A stretch of DNA of 56,094 bases from Pseudomonadota bacterium (GCA_963205305.1 CAUJIC010000071.1:1-56094); one strand, 5' to 3'; counted from the first letter of the stretch, positions 29,152 to 37,954 are shown. Numbers and translations: made by a program. The notes: generated by a model not told the origin, from the letters alone.

Positions 29152-30402
29152 ATGATGAGTTTCAGCACCACAATGCAGCCTAAAAGACAGCCTAAAGGTT
29201 CGGGGCAGGGAGTGACGCCTAAGGTGGGCGATGAAAACGTCTATGCAGGCGTGGAAGCAGCCGACCAGGGCCAAGTTCAGGCAATCGAGGAACAACTGAA
29301 GGCCATGAATGATCTGGCGGCGCTGATCGAGGAATCGGCGCGTAAACTGGCCGCTGAATCGCACGGGCAAGCCTATCAGGAAGTGTCGCACGCGCGCCAG
29401 CAGGCGGATGTCACCCGCGCCAGCGCCGAGAGCGCCAAAAGCCAAATTCAATCCGCCCGCGCCCACTCGCGCGATGGCAAATGCCACCTTTCCACCCGCG
29501 CCTTGGCCGCGATCACCACGCATATGAGCGTGGCCATACGCATTGCCAACCAAGAGAAAGCCGCGCTTGAGAAAGCGGCCGCTGAGTACCGCTCGACCGA
29601 GTCTGCGGCCGCCCGCAGTGCCGCGGCAGCCGCTCAGGCGGCGCCAAGCATCACCCAATCCATTACCCGCGCCATCAAAGAAGTGACGCATGTGTCGGTG
29701 GCCGCGGTGGTTGGCCCGCCCGTGTTCGGTGCGGCAACGCCCAAATTCAGCATGGATGGCCTGTTGCACGAGGCATCGGAAGCGGCGAGCCATGCCGCGA
29801 GCACGCTTGAGAAAATGGCCGATGCGGTGCTGGAATCATCGCCCGTTGCGCGCGTGCGTGCGCTTGGCCGCGCCACATGGCAAGGCGCCAAGGAAGTGGG
29901 AGCCAGCGTCGCCAGTGGTGTAAGCCAGTTTGTGGCGGCACCCGTGGAAACGACCAAAAAAGTGGCCAAAATAGTGGCGCACAAAGCCGTGGAATTGAAG
30001 GATGGCGCCGTGCGTGTAGCGAATGAATATATCGCCCAACCTGCGATGAAGGCGGCGGATGCAGTGGCAACGGGCGCGAAGCGTGCCTACAGCGCCGCGG
30101 GACAGATGACACAGAAAGCAATGGGCGCCGCCCAAGCGACCTGGCTGGATGCCAAGAAGATGGCCAGCAATTTGTGGCCATTTAGCCAAGAGACACCCGT
30201 CAAAGCGCCGGTGGTGGTGGCAACGAAACAGAAAACATCGCCCGAGGCGATGGCGTGGGCGCTGCACTTAAGCGGTTGGCGCGATGAGCGCTTTGGCTTT
30301 AGCGTACACAATGCAAGCGCTGCGCTGCTGGTTAGCCCTATGGCTAGCATGAAAATGAGGGATTTACCCAGTGTTTTTACGATAATGGGGATGCATAATT
30401 AA
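29152..30402 (+). CDS. Hypothetical Ala-rich, predicted helical protein (orphan, 416 aa)
   Basis: Longest ORF in a very G+C-rich stretch. Several shorter antisense ORFs there look like GC-driven shadows. No TM segment, signal peptide or known motif. Confidence 0.55.
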   Translation: MMSFSTTMQPKRQPKGSGQGVTPKVGDENVYAGVEAADQGQVQAIEEQLKAMNDLAALIEESARKLAAESHGQAYQEVSHARQQADVTRASAESAKSQIQSARAHSRDGKCHLSTRALAAITTHMSVAIRIANQEKAALEKAAAEYRSTESAAARSAAAAAQAAPSITQSITRAIKEVTHVSVAAVVGPPVFGAATPKFSMDGLLHEASEAASHAASTLEKMADAVLESSPVARVRALGRATWQGAKEVGASVASGVSQFVAAPVETTKKVAKIVAHKAVELKDGAVRVANEYIAQPAMKAADAVATGAKRAYSAAGQMTQKAMGAAQATWLDAKKMASNLWPFSQETPVKAPVVVATKQKTSPEAMAWALHLSGWRDERFGFSVHNASAALLVSPMASMKMRDLPSVFTIMGMHN

Positions 30403-30515
30403 TGAAATATTAATGAATTTGTGCCATATTGGATAAAAGTTGAGCTAATTTTGAACATCCCGCCAAGTGGATGAATGCAGAAAAAATGAAATGAGACCAC
30501 CAAAGGATAGATTGA

Positions 30516-32351
30516 ATGGCGAATGAGGCGACAGTATTTAGCGTGTTCGATGGCCAGACGAAACGTCGGGAGCATGAGACGTTTGCTGCGCGCAGCCCCG
30601 AGGAATCCGCCAAGCGCACCGAGCAAGAACAGATCGTTGAGTTGCAACGCTTGCTGGAAGGGCGCATCGCCGAGTTAACGCAGCGCGCCGGCGCGAATAT
30701 GACCCCCGCGATTGCAGCGCAAATCCAGAGTATGCGCTCAGCCGTGGTTGGCGGTAACCTTGCTGCGCTGATGCTCGTATATAACGAAACTGCGAATGCA
30801 AGCAGCGCAATCGCGGCCGAAGCTGCGGCGGAGAATTCGGCATGGCTGAATTTCAACTATGAAAATGCTTATAACGCGCCGCTGAGCAGAGAAGCGCTTG
30901 AGCGGATTGCGGCGGTTGGAAGAGATTATAACATAGATAATGTTAGAGAGCGCGAAGATTTAGCGCGGTTGTTTGTTAATCCTAATGCGCCAGATGCAGC
31001 GCAGGCAGTGCAGGGTGCCGCCAGAGATCCAGAGACTATCGCGTTGCAAAGAGAGTATGTAAGCCACCCCGCAGAAACAAGGCGAAACGCGGAGGAGCAC
31101 ACTCAGCGTTCTGGAAACGGTCTTAGAGCAGCTATAAATGCTGCCCCAGAAGGTTCGGAAGAGCGCGCTATCTTGGAAAGAGCACTTAAAGAGGATCACT
31201 TTAGAAGCCCTGAAGTCCGTACAAAATTGAAAGAGTACATTCGCAACAAGGATGAAAAAGCCTTGAATGAAGCAAAAGAGATGATGGATGCTCGTGACAA
31301 GCATGTGCAGGCCAAGGCGCAAGAAAAAGGTACGAGTGTAACTCAGGAGAAAATAGGGCTTTCGATTCAGGATTCGTTGAGAACGATTGAAGAGCTGGGG
31401 AAAAGTAAGAATCTGGAGCAGCTGCAAACGTATAACCAGATTATTTCAGGAAAGAGTGAAGTTTTTGGCAAATCTGAAAATCTGAGCGAGCAAGAACAGC
31501 TGAACGAAGTTGCTAAGCTTGTAAAACGTCAGGGCATGACTGATGCTCAGGCACAGGAACTTGCAAAAGCAGTGCTATCGAGCTCTGAAATTAAAAAAAT
31601 GCAAGCAGTTGATTTGAAGCAAAACATAGATGATGCCATGATGGCGGGATTTAAAGCGATGCAGAAGGGCGATTCAGGCTTGTCTTTCAAACTTGCTAAA
31701 GACGTTGAGGAATTAATGAAAGAAAGCGGCCTCAGTGACAAAGATGCTGCGAATTGGGGTGCATTTTTAACAGAAGGTGCGAAGCTGGGGGTGGCGAATC
31801 AGTCGGTTATAAGTACATTCTCTGAAGAAACAGCAAAGCTTTCGATAAAACTTACTCTTAAGGAAATGGAGGATGCAGCTTCGCAGAATCGTGCGCCAAG
31901 CATGGCTAATGTCACACTCGCTTTTTCTAAAGAGATGGCAAATGATGCTCTATCCTCGGCAACATCCGCAGTGGGTAATGCCGTTACGGGTGGCGTGAAG
32001 TCTGTGGCTAATTTTTTGGGTTTTGGCGGCGTGGAAATTGATGTTGTGCAGGTACGGGCTGTGGAACGTACAGGTGGTTGGGATAATGTGGTCACCAAGG
32101 ATGGTAAAAAGCTGTTCGATTTGAGTGGCGACAGCAAACAGGATGTGGAAGCGATTAAAGCCGCGTTGGCAAAAGCTGGCGTTGACCTGTCCAATTACGA
32201 TAAAGATGGAAACAAAAATCTGGATGCCAAAGAGCTTAATGCGGCGATGGAAGAGGCAACTGTAAAAACGGGCTCACATCGTGAGCCTGCCCCATCTTCG
32301 ACACCCAATCAGAGCGTTGCTGCAGAGCGTGGTGCCCCCATTCGGCGTTAA
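30516..32351 (+). CDS. Hypothetical coiled-coil-like protein with a C-terminal EF-hand-like loop (orphan, 611 aa)
   Basis: ATG preceded by AAAGGATAG. Long K/E/Q/A-rich helical sequence. DKDGNKNLDAKE lies at residues 562-573. Confidence 0.6.
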   Translation: MANEATVFSVFDGQTKRREHETFAARSPEESAKRTEQEQIVELQRLLEGRIAELTQRAGANMTPAIAAQIQSMRSAVVGGNLAALMLVYNETANASSAIAAEAAAENSAWLNFNYENAYNAPLSREALERIAAVGRDYNIDNVREREDLARLFVNPNAPDAAQAVQGAARDPETIALQREYVSHPAETRRNAEEHTQRSGNGLRAAINAAPEGSEERAILERALKEDHFRSPEVRTKLKEYIRNKDEKALNEAKEMMDARDKHVQAKAQEKGTSVTQEKIGLSIQDSLRTIEELGKSKNLEQLQTYNQIISGKSEVFGKSENLSEQEQLNEVAKLVKRQGMTDAQAQELAKAVLSSSEIKKMQAVDLKQNIDDAMMAGFKAMQKGDSGLSFKLAKDVEELMKESGLSDKDAANWGAFLTEGAKLGVANQSVISTFSEETAKLSIKLTLKEMEDAASQNRAPSMANVTLAFSKEMANDALSSATSAVGNAVTGGVKSVANFLGFGGVEIDVVQVRAVERTGGWDNVVTKDGKKLFDLSGDSKQDVEAIKAALAKAGVDLSNYDKDGNKNLDAKELNAAMEEATVKTGSHREPAPSSTPNQSVAAERGAPIRR

Positions 32352-32386
32352 GTAAGCCGCTTCCCTTTTAGCCGTAAACCTGCTAT

Positions 32387-33073
32387 TTGCCGCCTATGAA
32401 TCAAGCTGAACACGCATCCGATGTTATCAAGCATGTGGATTTAACCTTGCCCGCGAATGGCGGCAAAGTGTTGATGCATAGCTGTTGCGCGCCGTGCGCG
32501 GGCGAGCTGATGGAGCAAATGGTGGCCAACGGAATTGACCTGACCATCTTTTTCTACAACCCGAATATTCACCCGCTGCGGGAATACGAGATTCGCAAGA
32601 ACGAGAATATCCGCTTCGCCGAGAAGATGGGGATTCCGTTTGTGGATGCGGATTACGATGTGCAGGATTGGTTCGCTCGCGCGAAGGGCATGGAGCGCGA
32701 CCCCGAGCGCGGCCGCCGCTGCACCATGTGCTTCGATATGCGCTTCGCCCGCACCGCGCTTTATGCGCATGAGCATGGCTTTCCCATCATCACCAGCAGC
32801 CTTGGCATCAGCCGTTGGAAAAACCTCGACCAGATCAATGATTGCGGCGTGCGCATGGCCGAGCCGTATGATGGCATGACCTATTGGGAATATAACTGGC
32901 GGGTGAAGGGCGGCGGCGCGCGCATGTATGAGATTGCTAAGCGCGAGGAATTCTACGCCCAGCAATATTGTGGCTGCATCTATAGCTTACGCGATAGCAA
33001 CGAATGGCGCGAAAAAAACGGCCGCGAAAAAATCGCGATTGGCGAGACGTGGTATGAAGAAAAACTAGCGTAA
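32387..33073 (+). CDS. queH: Epoxyqueuosine reductase QueH (DUF208)
   Basis: ...[13 protein letters not shown]..., ...[11 protein letters not shown]..., ...[14 protein letters not shown] are the conserved Cys clusters of QueH. The start may be ATG 32396. Confidence 0.85.
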   Translation: MPPMNQAEHASDVIKHVDLTLPANGGKVLMHSCCAPCAGELMEQMVANGIDLTIFFYNPNIHPLREYEIRKNENIRFAEKMGIPFVDADYDVQDWFARAKGMERDPERGRRCTMCFDMRFARTALYAHEHGFPIITSSLGISRWKNLDQINDCGVRMAEPYDGMTYWEYNWRVKGGGARMYEIAKREEFYAQQYCGCIYSLRDSNEWREKNGREKIAIGETWYEEKLA

Positions 33074-33143
33074 TCTGTCTATTTTAAGCGTTTTTTAATC
33101 CTTTTAGGGGTATAACTGTTCAGTATTCATTTCTGGGAGAACG

Positions 33144-33716
33144 ATGATGGCCGATAATCAAGCATACGAAAGATTGCCCGCCGAAGATAAGGTGCGCGTG
33201 AACTCGGTTATTTTGAAGGCGCTGGAAACAGCGGAACCCAAAGGCATTGTGGGGGCGTTTCAAGCTGGCCTCGATGCCGCATCGACTGAATCTCAGACTC
33301 GCAATGCGTCGCGGGTTCTAACCAAAGATGCTATTGAGTCGCGTCGGAGTAAATTCCAAACTATGCTGGATGGTGCGCGCGATGATCTCTCCACGCCGCC
33401 TGTTTTAGCTACATTGAAATCAGCGCCTAGCAGTGGCCTCAGCAAGCAGCTTAATGCCTTCCGAGCCTTGCAAGACAGTATGGGTGAGTCATCAGCGAAC
33501 GCGACGGATGCTCAGTTCACTGCGACGGTTAAACGAGCGATCGCCACCGATGAAGCTCCAGTTTTTGGTGGCAGTATCAATAATACGCCGGCGATTAAAG
33601 GAGCTTTGGTTAACTTTATCGCGCGGGAACAGGTGGCTGCAACTCAGGAAAGTGCTAAAAATGCACCTGAAGTACGCGAGGCACCCAAAGCACCTGCAGT
33701 AGGCAAGGGGCGCTAA
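33144..33716 (+). CDS. Hypothetical protein (orphan, 190 aa)
   Basis: ATG preceded by GGGAGAA. Hydrophilic and Ala/Ser-rich. No recognisable motif. Confidence 0.5.
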   Translation: MMADNQAYERLPAEDKVRVNSVILKALETAEPKGIVGAFQAGLDAASTESQTRNASRVLTKDAIESRRSKFQTMLDGARDDLSTPPVLATLKSAPSSGLSKQLNAFRALQDSMGESSANATDAQFTATVKRAIATDEAPVFGGSINNTPAIKGALVNFIAREQVAATQESAKNAPEVREAPKAPAVGKGR

Positions 33717-33865
33717 ATTTCTTAGCTCAAGCGGCATAGGGCAAACAACCTGCCAATTATGGTGCCCTAGCCGTATTATTGTGCGCTTATGAGGTCAGTA
33801 ACTGAACCGCTTAGTGCAATTTCTTGAGGCTCGCAGAGCATGGGAAAACGCTGGAGTGTGCTTGC

Positions 33866-34276
33866 TTACACCGTGCAGCGTACTAGCGCGCGCAAGAAGA
33901 TGATGAGTATGATCGCATGTGACAGGACAACCGCATAAACAAAGGGTTTTTGTTCGGAGAACCCTAAAGCAGGATCATTGGAGCGCTTGGAAACCAAAAA
34001 ATAATAGGTCAGGCATGCAATGAGTATGGCGGGACTGATATAGCGCCCGTAGAGCCCAAGTTTGCACGACATAAATGAGATGTTATCTTCATAGGTGACA
34101 AAGAGTGTAAACAGCGCGACACCTAGCAAGGCTAATGTGATAAAGAATATGGATTGCATCACCTTGTATGGCTTGGATGGGGCGATTTGGGGACGCGACT
34201 TGGTGAGCTTGAAGGTTGCGAAAGCAACCAGTGCAACCAAGAGCCAGGATGGTAAAACGGCAATTAAAAAAAGCAT
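33866..34276 (-). CDS. Hypothetical membrane protein (4 predicted TM segments, 136 aa)
   Basis: Hydrophobic segments include LFLIAVLPSWLLVALVAFATF and SIFFITLALLGVALFTLFVTY. AT-richer than the neighbouring genes. Confidence 0.5.
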   Translation of the reverse strand: MLFLIAVLPSWLLVALVAFATFKLTKSRPQIAPSKPYKVMQSIFFITLALLGVALFTLFVTYEDNISFMSCKLGLYGRYISPAILIACLTYYFLVSKRSNDPALGFSEQKPFVYAVVLSHAIILIIFLRALVRCTV

Positions 34277-34282
34277 AGAGAT

Positions 34283-34318
34283 GGCCTATGTATGGGTTGA
34301 GTGGTGCCCCCAGCCGGA
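34283..34318. repeat. Duplicate of the tRNA-Leu 3' end plus its downstream flank
   Basis: TGGTGCCCCCAGCCGGA (34302-34318) is identical to 34516-34532, the last 17 nt of tRNA-Leu. The adjacent GCCTAT..GGGTT also matches the tRNA flank at 34502-34515, with a 4-nt indel. Confidence 0.85.
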
Positions 34319-34448
34319 TTTTCTCGCGCGCAGGGCGCTCGTGTTATTTTCTAAATTCGCTACGCTCATTAAGCAAATATTGATGTCGGCCTACTGGCCT
34401 CCACCCTTCGGGCTGCTAACGCAGTCCAAAAAGTTCTTCTGAATTTTT

Positions 34449-34467
34449 GTCGAACCGCCGGTTCGAC
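34449..34467. other. Perfect palindrome GTCGAACCG-C-CGGTTCGAC
   Basis: 9-bp arms. Lies between the tRNA-Leu 3' duplicate and the tRNA. Its arms carry a GGTTCGA T-loop-like string. Confidence 0.5.
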
Positions 34468-34479
34468 AGCGCTAGAATA

Positions 34480-34518
34480 CCATATAACCCATAGGCGTAA
34501 TGCCTATGGGTTATATGG
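34480..34518 (-). terminator. 17-bp perfect hairpin immediately 3' of tRNA-Leu
   Basis: CCATATAACCCATAGGC (34480-34496) / GCCTATGGGTTATATGG (34502-34518) with a 5-nt loop. Overlaps the CCA end by 3 nt. No clear U-run, so it may be a terminator or a processing element. Confidence 0.5.
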
Positions 34519-34602
34519 TGCCCCCAGCCGGAATCGAACCGGCACTCGATTACTCGAAACAGATTTTAAGTCTGCAGCGTCTACCAATTCCGCCATGGGG
34601 AC
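34516..34602 (-). tRNA. tRNA-Leu (anticodon TAA)
   Basis: Reverse complement GTCCCCATGGCGGAATTGGTAGACGCTGCAGACTTAAAATCTGTTTCGAGTAATCGAGTGCCGGTTCGATTCCGGCTGGGGGCACCA folds as a class II cloverleaf. It has a long variable arm, anticodon loop CTTAAAA and an encoded CCA. Confidence 0.95.
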
Positions 34603-34656
34603 ATCCACGTGGCTGTGGTAACGTGTGGCGTTTGGAAATGCAAGAAGTGTGAGCGG

Positions 34657-35409
34657 TTAGGCCGCAGGGACTGCAACGACCAGCCCACCCAGCGATAGGA
34701 TTAGGGCTTCGATTTCGCTGCGGGCGGCCTCGTTGCGCTCAGCATCAGGCGAGCGGAGCACAAGGGTGGTGCGGTAGCCCTGCGCGGATTCATAGGTAGG
34801 GTAGGAGCCGATATCGATATCCATGTAACGGTTCTGGATTTCGGTAAGACCCGCAGCAATCGTGCCTTCAAGCAAGTCGGTGGCGATGTTGGCTGAAAGC
34901 ACCGTAGCGCCGCCCTCTAGGTGCGGGATAATGGCATCCAGCATGGCTTGCATGATGCGTGGAACGCCTGCCATGGTGAACACATTGCCCATGCGAAAAC
35001 CCGGAGCAACACTGATGGCATTAGGGATGAGCGTGGCGCCTTCTGGCACTTCCGCCATTTTGAGGCGGGCTTCGTTAATTTCGGCAGCATAGTGGGCGCG
35101 CAGTGCGGCCTCGGCATCGGGGTGACGGATGACGGCGACGCCAAATGCCTTGGCGATGCAAGCGGTAGTAATATCATCGTGCGTGGGGCCAATGCCGCCT
35201 GTGGTAAAGACATAATCAAATTTGGCGCGTAGGGCGTTCACGGCATCGACAATTTCAGCTTCAATATCGGGCACCACGCGCACTTCGCGTAAGCGGATGC
35301 CCGCCTCGTTCAGCTTGGTGGCCAGATGGGCAAGGTTCTTATCCTGAGTTCTCCCTGAGAGAATCTCGTTGCCGATAATGAGCATGGATGCGGACACAAT
35401 ATTTTTCAT
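34657..35409 (-). CDS. CinA-like molybdopterin-binding (MoCF_biosynth) domain protein
   Basis: MKNIVSASMLIIGNEILSGRTQDKNLAHLA...VFTTGGIGPTHDDIT... is typical of the CinA N-terminal domain family. 250 aa, with no C-terminal deamidase domain. Confidence 0.8.
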   Translation of the reverse strand: MKNIVSASMLIIGNEILSGRTQDKNLAHLATKLNEAGIRLREVRVVPDIEAEIVDAVNALRAKFDYVFTTGGIGPTHDDITTACIAKAFGVAVIRHPDAEAALRAHYAAEINEARLKMAEVPEGATLIPNAISVAPGFRMGNVFTMAGVPRIMQAMLDAIIPHLEGGATVLSANIATDLLEGTIAAGLTEIQNRYMDIDIGSYPTYESAQGYRTTLVLRSPDAERNEAARSEIEALILSLGGLVVAVPAA

Positions 35410-35462
35410 GCAGGTTTAATAGTGTGCATCCGCACCGCTTGCAAGCCTCGCTATGTTCTGCC

Positions 35463-36293
35463 ATGAAGATTGCCATGAACGATGATGATGACAGCGATGC
35501 ATGGGGCGATAGCCGTGAAATTCCACTTCACGGAGCTGCCGAATTTGCAGCCATGCGTAAGGCGGGCACACTTGCCGCCAGTATTCTCGATGATTTAGTG
35601 GATGTGGTGCGCGTTGGCATATCGACCGATGAGATCAACACCATCTGCCACGATAAAATTATTGCCGCAGGCGCCGTGCCCGCACCGCTGGGCTATCGTG
35701 GGTTTCCGAAATCCATCTGCACCAGCGTGAACCATGTGGTGTGCCATGGCATCCCCGACGCGCGTAAGCTGGTGAATGGTGATATTGTGAACATTGACGT
35801 GACGGTGATTGTGGATGGTTGGCATGGCGACACGAGCCGCACCTATTGGGTGGGCGATGTGCCCGTGAAGGCGAAGCGCCTGACGGAAGTGACCTATGCC
35901 GCGATGATGAAGGGGATTGAGGTGGTGCGCCCTGGGGTGAAAACGGGTGATATTGGCCACGCCATTCAAACTTACGCTGAATCATTCGGCTATTCCGTGG
36001 TGCGTGAATATTGCGGCCATGGCTTAGGCAAAATTTTTCACACTGCGCCGAATATCCTCCATTTTGGCAAACCCAACACCGGCGTGACGCTGGAGGAGGG
36101 GATGTTCTTCACCGTCGAACCCATGATTAATGTGGGCAAGGCGGGAACGATATTGAACCAAAAAGATGGGTGGACAGTGACCACGCGCGACAAATCGCTC
36201 AGCGCGCAGTTTGAGCACTCGATTGGCGTGACCGCCAATGGCTTCGAGATTTTTACGGGAAGTTTAAAGGGGCTCCATTGCCCACCGTTTTAA
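35463..36293 (+). CDS. map: Methionine aminopeptidase, type I
   Basis: ...NHVVCHGIP..., DIVNIDVTV, GWHGDTSRTY, GHGLG, FTVEPM, QFEHSIGVT metal-ligand motifs. Start taken at ATG 35463. The ORF track start 35388 overlaps the divergent cinA-like gene. Confidence 0.9.
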   Translation: MKIAMNDDDDSDAWGDSREIPLHGAAEFAAMRKAGTLAASILDDLVDVVRVGISTDEINTICHDKIIAAGAVPAPLGYRGFPKSICTSVNHVVCHGIPDARKLVNGDIVNIDVTVIVDGWHGDTSRTYWVGDVPVKAKRLTEVTYAAMMKGIEVVRPGVKTGDIGHAIQTYAESFGYSVVREYCGHGLGKIFHTAPNILHFGKPNTGVTLEEGMFFTVEPMINVGKAGTILNQKDGWTVTTRDKSLSAQFEHSIGVTANGFEIFTGSLKGLHCPPF

Positions 36294-37039
36294 TTACGGG
36301 CGCATCGAGCGGCATTGGTGCGGAACTGGCTTCGCAATATGCCGCGCCCGACACAACACTTATACTATTAGCACGTAACGAGGAACGCTTGCGCGAGGTG
36401 GCCACCGCGTGCGAAGCCAAAGGTGCGCGTGTGCAGATAGCCAGCATCGATGTACGCGACAAAGCTGGAATGCAGAGCTTTATAAATGAAATCGACACGA
36501 AGTGTCCGATTGATTTGGTGATTGCCAATGCAGGTATTTCGACAGGAAGTTTTGCAGGCAACGAAACGTTGGAAGCTGCCGAGGCAGTGTTTGATATTAA
36601 TGTGAATGGCGTAATTAATACTATTCACCCACTCATCGAGCGCATGAAAGCACGCGGACGCGGGCACATTGCGATTATGTCGTCGCTGGCGGGAATCTGC
36701 GCGCTTCCGACCGCGCCTGCGTATAGCGCCAGCAAGGCCGCGGTGCGTGTGTATGGCGATGCGCTGCGCGGTAAGTTGAAGGCGTATGGTGTGCAGGTAA
36801 GTGTGATTTGCCCAGGGTGGATTACGACGCCACTGACCGACAAAAATAGCTTCGCTATGCCGTTCATTATGCCTGTTGGTCAGGCCGCAAGCACCATTAT
36901 ACGCAACTTGTACATGAAAAAATCGCGCATTGCCTTCCCGCTTCGGCTGTATATTCCGCTACGCATTCTCTCGGTTTTTCCTGTTTCGTGGAGTGATTTT
37001 ATTTTTTCAAAAACCCTCGGTAAGCCGCAGAAAGACTAG
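36278..37039 (+). CDS. Short-chain dehydrogenase/reductase family oxidoreductase
   Basis: TGASSGIG cofactor motif at residues 7-14, NAG, and YSASKAA (YxxxK). TTG start overlaps map by 16 nt. Confidence 0.8.
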   Translation: MPTVLITGASSGIGAELASQYAAPDTTLILLARNEERLREVATACEAKGARVQIASIDVRDKAGMQSFINEIDTKCPIDLVIANAGISTGSFAGNETLEAAEAVFDINVNGVINTIHPLIERMKARGRGHIAIMSSLAGICALPTAPAYSASKAAVRVYGDALRGKLKAYGVQVSVICPGWITTPLTDKNSFAMPFIMPVGQAASTIIRNLYMKKSRIAFPLRLYIPLRILSVFPVSWSDFIFSKTLGKPQKD

Positions 37040-37349
37040 GGTTTCAGGCGCGCGTGAAAAAAATAAATCGAGCGTGAGTGCGGTTTTGCCGAGGTGCAAA
37101 CTAAAATTGCAAGAAAAAAATACATGTGAAAAACTTGAGTTTTCTGCCAGTTTTTTGACTTTTCTTGTTTACAGCAATTTTGAATGGTGCTTAGTTCGCG
37201 TGGCTAGTGACAAGGCAAACCCTTGGATTCAACAAGCGCACTGCAAAATGAAACAGCAATGATGATTTTTGCGAGGCGTTAATAACACAAGGTTTCTGTC
37301 GCTTGGCACGAAGTTGTTTTTAACCTTACCAACATTCAAGGAGTTCCCT

Positions 37350-37637
37350 ATGAACAAGAACGAACTGATCGCTGAGATCGCCGACAAATGCGAACTGACC
37401 AAAGCAAAAGCAGCTGAAGCTGTTGATGCATTCATCGAAACCATCAGCAAGTCGCTCAGCAAAGGCAAAGAAGTACGCCTCGTTGGCTTCGGCACCTTCA
37501 CCTCGGTTAAGCGTAAAGCTACCGAAGGCCGTAACCCACGCACCGGTGCTGTGATCAAAATCGCTGCTTCGATCCAGCCAAAATTCAAACCAGGCAAAGC
37601 CCTGAAAGACACCGTAAACAAGCGCAAATCCGCGTAG
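37350..37637 (+). CDS. hup: HU family DNA-binding protein
   Basis: MNKNELIAEIADKCELTKAKAAEAVDAFIETI...GFGTFTSVKRKATEGRNPRTGAVIKIAAS. AAGGAG RBS at 37338-37343. Confidence 0.92.
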   Translation: MNKNELIAEIADKCELTKAKAAEAVDAFIETISKSLSKGKEVRLVGFGTFTSVKRKATEGRNPRTGAVIKIAASIQPKFKPGKALKDTVNKRKSA

Positions 37638-37683
37638 TTTAGGTAGGTCTTTACGCGGGCAATTGTCCGCGTGAAACGAATAA

Positions 37684-37717
37684 ACGGCGTAGTTCGAGAG
37701 AGCTGCGCCGTTTTTTT
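37684..37717 (+). terminator. Intrinsic terminator after hup
   Basis: ACGGCGTAG...CTGCGCCGT stem with one mismatch, followed by TTTTTTT. Confidence 0.75.
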
Positions 37718-37877
37718 ATGCAGTAGTTGCTCTTAAAAGCCTAGGCAATGACTTGTTTTTTTGTGGGTAGAGCATAACTCGTGAAACATCATTATCTTTG
37801 CCCTTGCAAGCATCAGCAATTCTGGTTATGACACGCACCTCCTTAATGGTTGTTGGTCGTGACACCCGCAACATGAG

Positions 37878-37954
37878 GGGCGATTAGCTCAGTTGGTTAG
37901 AGCATCTCGTTTACACCGAGAGGGTCCGCGGTTCGAGTCCGTGATCGCCCACCA
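37878..37954 (+). tRNA. tRNA-Val (anticodon TAC)
   Basis: GGGCGATTAGCTCAGTTGGTTAGAGCATCTCGTTTACACCGAGAGGGTCCGCGGTTCGAGTCCGTGATCGCCCACCA. Acceptor GGGCGAT/ATCGCCC and anticodon loop TTTACAC. Confidence 0.95.

Noticed and set aside
30399-30413. TTAA-N7-TTAA (CtrA-box-like) overlapping the stop of the 416-aa ORF, about 100 nt upstream of the 611-aa ORF.
   Set aside because: About one such match is expected by chance in 56 kb, and more in an AT-rich spacer. It lacks the trailing C of TTAAC, and there is no second supporting site.
33757-33777. Degenerate copies of the tRNA-Leu 3' end. TATGGTGCCC-TAGCCG lies here, and TGGTGCCCCCATTCGG lies at 32330-32346 inside the 611-aa ORF. They could mark outer ends of a larger island.
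   Set aside because: The exact cores are only 10 and 11 nt, so each is expected at roughly 0.03-0.1 per window by chance. One lies inside a CDS, and no integrase is present. They are noted as a possibility only, under the tRNA-Leu finding.
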